Shown in pieces: positions 58,979 through 64,000 of a stretch of 64,000 nt of DNA. The position numbers were made by a program, and so were the translations under genes. The first letter of the stretch is position 1. Every line of letters begins with the position of its first letter. The stretch is from Kiritimatiellia bacterium. Lineage in GTDB: Bacteria; Verrucomicrobiota; Kiritimatiellia; RFP12; UBA1067. Below the pieces are notes generated by a model. It was not told the origin of the DNA and did no database searches. It saw only the letters and a program-made list of their open reading frames with translations. Location: the NCBI GenBank assembly GCA_051884805.1, contig JBJEWA010000135.1:7464-71463 (forward strand), in the 5' to 3' direction.

Positions 58979-60684
58979 TGCGGCACCTTCATCCATTCGA
59001 GGTCGAGCTGCCTGCCCTTCGTGCGGAACTCCAGGCGGATCAGATGGCGGTCCGGCGGGTTCGCAAGGCTGAACTTCAGCTCCTGCCACTGGCGGCCGGT
59101 CGCCGGCAGGCGCACCTTCTCGACGTAGATGCGCTTCGTGCACGTCTCGGGATCGAACCATTCCGTGTCATAGTCGGACGGATTGATGACCGCCATGGCG
59201 CTCGGCCCGTCCGCGCGGTAGCGGAGGACAGACTGGCCGGCGGCCGGGAGCGGCTTGCGGAACGGCAGGAACATCGGGAAGACGAAGGCCTTGACCGTCG
59301 AGGAAAGATACCGCCTGCCCGTCGTCTTGTCTTCCGCAACCGTCAGCCCGTCGATCTTCGGCTGGATAAATTCGGCGAAGCGGTTGACGAAGTCCCTGCC
59401 CGCGTCGGGACGCTCCAGCGAGACCTTGCCCGCCGCCTCCTGCGGCAGCCAGAGGAACGCGTGCACATAGTCGAAGCCGCGCTGCTCCATGGCATAACCG
59501 TAGTAGCGCGTGTCTTCCGACTTGGCGAAATCCAGCTGGCGCTTCCACTTGTAGTACAGGTAGGCCATGTCGATTTCGCTGGAGGTGCGGCCGCGTCCGC
59601 CGCCCCAGTTCGCGGGACGCGTCCAGTATTCGCAGCGCTTGCGGTTGATGGCGATAGGCGTCCAGTCGATGTCGAAGCCAAGATTGTACTTCACGATCTG
59701 ATTGATTCCGCGCAAGTACCGGTGGCGCAGGAACTCGATCGGATTGATCGCGTCCTTTTTGTCCGACACCTCCCCCGTCACGGGATCGATCCGCGTCTGC
59801 TGGGACCACAGGATCGTCAGGTTCTCGCCCAGCTGTCCCGCGCCCGGCATGGGATGCCCGATGTCCCGCCCCATCTCGGTGAACTGGATGTGGGGGGTGA
59901 CCTTGGCGCCCGTCACCTCGTTCGTCGTGACGAGTCGGCACATCTCGCGAATCGAGCCGTTGCACTCGCCCACGGGACCGGCCTTGTTGGCGGTCAGGAT
60001 CTCGACCATCTCGCAGTACAGGTCCCAGTCGTCATGCCAGATCGCGCGCGCCAGCGGTCCGCCCAGCGTGAACTGCAGCTGATTGAGAAAGGTGCCGCGG
60101 CCCCACCAGAAGTCCTTGCCGATTTCGATGAACCGGTTGACGCCGTCCGTATCCGCCTGCGTCCAGGCGAGCGGTCCCGTCTTCGGTCCCGTATAGCGCA
60201 AAAGCTCCGCCGCGCGCAGATACCAGCCCTCGGCGTGCGGCCAGCGGAACTGCGAATCCCAGTGACGGTGTCCGTCCTTGATGTGGGTGTAGAACCAGCG
60301 GACGTAGTCGAGCGCGCGCTCGCGATACCCGGCCTCGCCGGTGATTTCGTACATGATGCCCTGAATGTAGGCCGTCTGCGAGTCCCACGCGCAGCGGTTA
60401 TCGAAGTCGGGGCTGTCAATGGTGGTGATGCCCTCGTTCCGCCGCGCGAAGATGCGCGGCTGCTGGGAGAACCGGTGATTGTGACTGGTCAGGTCGGCGT
60501 AGAGCGTCTTCCAGGGTTCCACGCCGCGCTTTACGTTCGTCCGGAGCTGGTCGAGCTGTTCGCGGTTGAGCCCGATGCCAGGATGCAGGAAGCGGCCGGC
60601 CAAGAGCGGCAACGGAAGGAGCGCGAGGAGTAGAAGCAGTACCCGGCGCGCCGGGGAGTTGGCTCTGGCTTTACTCAAAGACAT
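58975..60684 (-). CDS. 569-aa secreted (alpha/alpha)-toroid polysaccharide-lyase-like protein (alginate-lyase/heparinase-type N-terminus)
   Basis: The signal peptide is followed by HPGIGLNREQLDQLRTNVKRGVEPWKTLYADL, which resembles alginate_lyase-family N-termini. The family call is tentative. Confidence 0.5.
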   Translation of the reverse strand: MSLSKARANSPARRVLLLLLALLPLPLLAGRFLHPGIGLNREQLDQLRTNVKRGVEPWKTLYADLTSHNHRFSQQPRIFARRNEGITTIDSPDFDNRCAWDSQTAYIQGIMYEITGEAGYRERALDYVRWFYTHIKDGHRHWDSQFRWPHAEGWYLRAAELLRYTGPKTGPLAWTQADTDGVNRFIEIGKDFWWGRGTFLNQLQFTLGGPLARAIWHDDWDLYCEMVEILTANKAGPVGECNGSIREMCRLVTTNEVTGAKVTPHIQFTEMGRDIGHPMPGAGQLGENLTILWSQQTRIDPVTGEVSDKKDAINPIEFLRHRYLRGINQIVKYNLGFDIDWTPIAINRKRCEYWTRPANWGGGRGRTSSEIDMAYLYYKWKRQLDFAKSEDTRYYGYAMEQRGFDYVHAFLWLPQEAAGKVSLERPDAGRDFVNRFAEFIQPKIDGLTVAEDKTTGRRYLSSTVKAFVFPMFLPFRKPLPAAGQSVLRYRADGPSAMAVINPSDYDTEWFDPETCTKRIYVEKVRLPATGRQWQELKFSLANPPDRHLIRLEFRTKGRQLDLEWMKVPQ

Positions 60685-63538
60685 GGACCAGCGGAAAATC
60701 CTTGTAGGCGGGGAAGGTCTTGACGAGCTTCAGGCCCTGCGCCACGAGGGCGGGACAGATCGGCGCCTGGCCGTCCGGCGCGATTTCGATCGCATAGACG
60801 CGCCTGCCGTCGCGGGCCTTGAGGTAGCGGACGTCCTCCTTGACCGGCGCCTTGATGCGGCTCTCGTTGAAGCCCTGGGCGCTGATCGGCGGCGCATGGC
60901 GGAGCTGCGGTCCCTCGCCGGCGATTGCATACGGATCGGAATCGAAGATGGCCGCCCGGCTGATCGCCATCCAGGACGCGATGTCCTCGCAGATCCTGCG
61001 CTCGTCGGCGTCAATCGTCCCGTCGCGGCGAATCGGAATCGAAAGGCAGAGATTGCCGTTCTTCGAAACAATGTCCACCAGCATCCGCATCACGTCGCGC
61101 GCGGACTTGTAGCGACAGTGCTGCGCATAGTGCCACGAGCCGATGCAGGTGTCGGTCTGCCACTTCGGGTACATCGGCGCCGACGGCGTGCCGCGCTCGA
61201 CGTCCCAGGTGATCCACTGGCGCTGCGTTTCGTCGAGGCACTTGCCCGTTACCACGGCCTCGGGATTCAGCGCATAGAAGTCGGAGACGATGCGGAAGCC
61301 CTCCTCGGCGATCGGCCAGAACGCGACGACCGTGTCGTCGTAGTAGATCAGGTCGGGACGGTACTTCTCGATCGCGTCCATCGTGCGGAGGCGGAAGTTC
61401 TCGCGGAAGGCCTCGCTCGGGAGCGTCGCGCCGTTGCCCCAGTTCCACTGGCGGTGGATGGCGCCCTTGTCCCGGTACGACCGGTTCGGCTCGTGGTCGC
61501 GCTGCCAGTAGAGGTCCTGCGGATCGTAGCCTTCCCACCACTTGCCCTTGCCGTCCTTCCGCGTGAGGAGGCCGTCGAAGTCGCGCGAAGGCTCCATCCA
61601 GGCGGATGCGTGCGCGGCATGGAAGCTCGCGCCGAAGCGCAGGCCGTGCTTGCGGGCGGCGGCGGCCCAGCCGCCGAGGATGTCGCGCTTCGGACCCATG
61701 TTCACGGCGTTCCACGGCTGGTACTTCGAATCCCACAGGTCGAAGTTGTCATGGTGGTTCGCCATCGCGAGCACGAACGTCGCGCCCATGCGCCGGTAGA
61801 GCGCGCACAGCTCGTCCGGATTCCAGTTCTCGGCCCGCCAATGTCCCGCGAGATCCTTGAAGCCGTATTCCTTCGGGTCGCCGAAGTGGCGCACATGGTG
61901 CCGGTGCTTCCCGTCGCCGGGGAAGTACATGAGGCGCGCGTACCAGTCGCCGGCCTCGGCGGCGCACTGCGGCCCCCAGTGGCAGAAGATGCCGAAGCGC
62001 GCGTTCCGGTACCACTCCGGCGTCGGGCGGTGCGGCATGAACGTCACTTCGCCGCCCTCGCGTCCCGTCGCATAGCTGAAGAGTCCCACGCGGTCGCCGC
62101 GATAGCGTCCCCACGCGAGCCGGAAGCCGACGCCCGCGTCCGTAAAGGAGTTGCCGTCGAACGAGTAGGCGAAGCGGGCGGAGCCGTCTCCGGTCCAGAC
62201 GGTCCGAAGCACGACGTGACGCGGCGCATTCGTCGCGACGATCATCGGCTCCCGCCCGTTCTGCCGGTAGTAGAGACAGCGGCCCCGCTCGCGGCCGAGC
62301 CACGTCACGCCCAGCTCGAACGCATCGCCGCCGAGGTGGCAGAGTCCGGCGCGTCCGCCCTCCTCCTGCCGCGCCGCGTCGAGGGCGACGGTGAACGACG
62401 CCGTGCCGTCCGCGGCCTGCGGGCGCAGACGGAAGACGCGCCGGGTGAACACGTTGCCGACGGTGAAGAAGTCGTTTGTGTCGAGGGGCCGGAACGCGAC
62501 CAGCCGGAGGCGGCCGTCCGTCAGCTCGTACCGGTCTGCGCGCGGCGCATGGTTCCACGCCCATTCGGGATTGAGGAAGCCCCTGCGGTTCTCGTTCCGG
62601 GGACCGGCGGCGACGCGAGCGGTGTCCGGAGCCGCGACGGTCGGCGCCGCCGCCGTCCACACCATGGTGCCGATGCCGTTTTCGTCGGGCCGGCCGACGA
62701 CCGGCCAGCCGTCGATCCAGGTGACGGGCAGCAGGCTCGCCGCGCGGCCATACCACCGGCCGCGGCCGTGATGGGTGAAGAAGTACCACTTGCCCGCGTC
62801 ATCGGTCAGGAAGCCGCCCTGGTTGGGCTCATCCGCCTCCCGCTGCGGATGCGAGAGGACGCGGCGCTCCGCGTACGGACCCAGCGCGTTCTTGGCGCGG
62901 GCCATCATCAGCCGACGCCCGCCGTCCGCGACCTCGCTGTAAAGATGATAATAGGTGTCGTGCCACTTGTAGAGCTTGTTGGCCTCGCGGCCCTTGCCCT
63001 CGTTGATGAGGGTCTTGGTCTCGGGCACGACCTCAAGCCCGTCGGCCGTCAGCTCGAAAGCGTAGGTCCTGTAGCCTGCGCCGAACTCGGTCACCGCGAG
63101 ATAGGCCTTGTCGCCGTTGAACAGGACGCCCGGATCGTCCCAGCCGCCGCCGAAGCCGGCCATTTTGTGCGGCGCAGACCAGGGTCCGGACGCCACCTCG
63201 GCCGTGCAGACGAAGACTCCCTCGTCGGGCGTCGCGAAATAGCAGTAGAGCCTGCCCTGCCGTTCGCGGAGGCAGCCGGCCCAGATGCCGCGCCCGTAGC
63301 GGCGCAGGCGCGCCCAGGTCCAGTCCGGGCCGAAGACGGAAGTGTCGGGGACGACATGACCCGTCACCCGCCAGTTGATCAGGTCGGCCGACTCCAGGAC
63401 GTCCATGCCCGGCGAACAGTGCAGCGTGCTGGAAATCGCATAGTAGCGGCCGTCCCGCCGAATGCAGTCGAGGTCGCTGAAGTCGGCCGGCAGCACGGGA
63501 TTGGCGAACGTCGCCGCCAGCAGGATGCCGCCGAACAT
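60671..63538 (-). CDS. fusion glycosidase: N-terminal GH43 beta-propeller + beta-sandwich + C-terminal GH29 alpha-L-fucosidase
   Basis: GH43: NPVLPADFSDLDCIRRDGRYYAISS…; GH29: YRNARFGIFCHWGPQ…FVLAMANHHDNFDLWDSKYQPWN…. Start MFGGILL shares one nt (TGATG) with the upstream stop. Confidence 0.85.
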   Translation of the reverse strand: MFGGILLAATFANPVLPADFSDLDCIRRDGRYYAISSTLHCSPGMDVLESADLINWRVTGHVVPDTSVFGPDWTWARLRRYGRGIWAGCLRERQGRLYCYFATPDEGVFVCTAEVASGPWSAPHKMAGFGGGWDDPGVLFNGDKAYLAVTEFGAGYRTYAFELTADGLEVVPETKTLINEGKGREANKLYKWHDTYYHLYSEVADGGRRLMMARAKNALGPYAERRVLSHPQREADEPNQGGFLTDDAGKWYFFTHHGRGRWYGRAASLLPVTWIDGWPVVGRPDENGIGTMVWTAAAPTVAAPDTARVAAGPRNENRRGFLNPEWAWNHAPRADRYELTDGRLRLVAFRPLDTNDFFTVGNVFTRRVFRLRPQAADGTASFTVALDAARQEEGGRAGLCHLGGDAFELGVTWLGRERGRCLYYRQNGREPMIVATNAPRHVVLRTVWTGDGSARFAYSFDGNSFTDAGVGFRLAWGRYRGDRVGLFSYATGREGGEVTFMPHRPTPEWYRNARFGIFCHWGPQCAAEAGDWYARLMYFPGDGKHRHHVRHFGDPKEYGFKDLAGHWRAENWNPDELCALYRRMGATFVLAMANHHDNFDLWDSKYQPWNAVNMGPKRDILGGWAAAARKHGLRFGASFHAAHASAWMEPSRDFDGLLTRKDGKGKWWEGYDPQDLYWQRDHEPNRSYRDKGAIHRQWNWGNGATLPSEAFRENFRLRTMDAIEKYRPDLIYYDDTVVAFWPIAEEGFRIVSDFYALNPEAVVTGKCLDETQRQWITWDVERGTPSAPMYPKWQTDTCIGSWHYAQHCRYKSARDVMRMLVDIVSKNGNLCLSIPIRRDGTIDADERRICEDIASWMAISRAAIFDSDPYAIAGEGPQLRHAPPISAQGFNESRIKAPVKEDVRYLKARDGRRVYAIEIAPDGQAPICPALVAQGLKLVKTFPAYKDFPLVHVFE

Positions 63539-64000
63539 CACCTGGCCTCCACCATCGCCGCCCAGCCGCCGTTCGCGGCCGCCGTGACTTCGAGCGCGTC
63601 GGCGGCCGTGAGCGAAAGTTCCTCGACGGCCACGGGCGCGAGCTTCTGCCCGTTCGCCGGCTCGGCATCGCGAAAGAGCCGCACGCGGAGCGGCGCCGCC
63701 GGAACGTTCGCCCCGGCGGCGAACGACAACGGCACCTTGAAGGCGCGCACCTCGCCGGCGTTCAGGCAGCCGACGAACCACTGCTCGCCGGCGTGGCGCG
63801 CGACGACGGCGAATTCGCCGATCTTGCCCTGCAGATGGCGAACCTCGTCGAACACCGTCGGAATCTCCCGCCAGAACGCGAGCGCCGGCTCCCGGTCGTC
63901 GATCTGGTCGGGGCGGGAATACCAGAAGAGGAACTGCCAGCCGCTCGTGTAGACCGCCGGCATCGCGAGCTGATGGGCGAGCGTGTTCTTCACGCGGCCG
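63538..64000 (-). CDS. glycoside hydrolase family 97, C-terminal ~150 aa (5' end outside the window)
   Basis: …TLAHQLAMPAVYTSGWQFLFWYSRP…FWREIPTVFDEVRHLQGKIGEFAVVARHAGEQWFVGCLN… matches the GH97 C-terminal domain. The frame is open to the window edge. Confidence 0.75.
   Translation of the reverse strand, partial: GRVKNTLAHQLAMPAVYTSGWQFLFWYSRPDQIDDREPALAFWREIPTVFDEVRHLQGKIGEFAVVARHAGEQWFVGCLNAGEVRAFKVPLSFAAGANVPAAPLRVRLFRDAEPANGQKLAPVAVEELSLTAADALEVTAAANGGWAAMVEAR

Noticed and set aside
1-64000. Searched for transposases, integrases, phage structural genes, cas genes and rRNA.
   Set aside because: No ORF in any frame shows the corresponding motifs (DDE/HUH, tyrosine or serine recombinase, terminase/capsid). 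No rRNA-like conserved stretches were seen.

Overview
This is a 64-kb chromosomal segment that is visibly G/C-rich, especially at codon third positions, and about 90% coding. Almost all genes lie on the minus strand in long strings joined by ATGA or TGATG stop/start overlaps. The gene content is dominated by polysaccharide degradation:
- giant LamG/DUF2341 exoproteins, a DUF1080 lipoprotein and tandem FGE/SUMF1-domain paralogs
- XylR-like sensor-AraC hybrid regulators
- GH28, GH31, a GH43-GH29 fusion, GH97 and pectate-lyase-fold enzymes, plus a fucokinase

By inference this points to a polysaccharide-degrading member of the PVC superphylum (Kiritimatiellota, Lentisphaerota or Verrucomicrobiota-like). 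I cannot name the species. Housekeeping genes recognised are glnS, hisS, cca, rarA, a ymdB-like gene, tRNA-Asp(GTC) and tRNA-Gln(CTG). I saw no rRNA, CRISPR array, transposase or integrase.

Stand-out observations:
1. An AT-rich island at about 18.6-23.4 kb carries a class-II Fic gene and an HTH / HARE-HTH nuclease-like / atypical DNA methyltransferase / PD-ExK nuclease cassette. It looks like a non-standard restriction-modification or defence module.
2. A second AT-rich two-gene module at 38.8-40.6 kb pairs a DUF488 fusion protein with a 278-aa orphan. It is preceded by a 3x20-bp tandem repeat.
3. A strictly C-terminal G/S-(5 hydrophobic)-Arg tag (GLVILVR, GVMLIVR, SFVMWIR) occurs on four otherwise unrelated signal-peptide proteins.
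4. A recurrent extended -10 box, TGnTATA(A/C)T, sits only 6-8 nt from the start codon of most operon-leading genes. This implies widespread leaderless mRNAs and re-sets several ORF-track starts.
5. A REP/BIME-like mosaic of two GC-rich hairpin units lies between the GH31 gene and hisS.
6. A roughly 70-bp relic of a DUF1080 paralog 3' end is fused to the fucokinase stop codon.

All functional calls come from motif recognition by eye. No database search was run.
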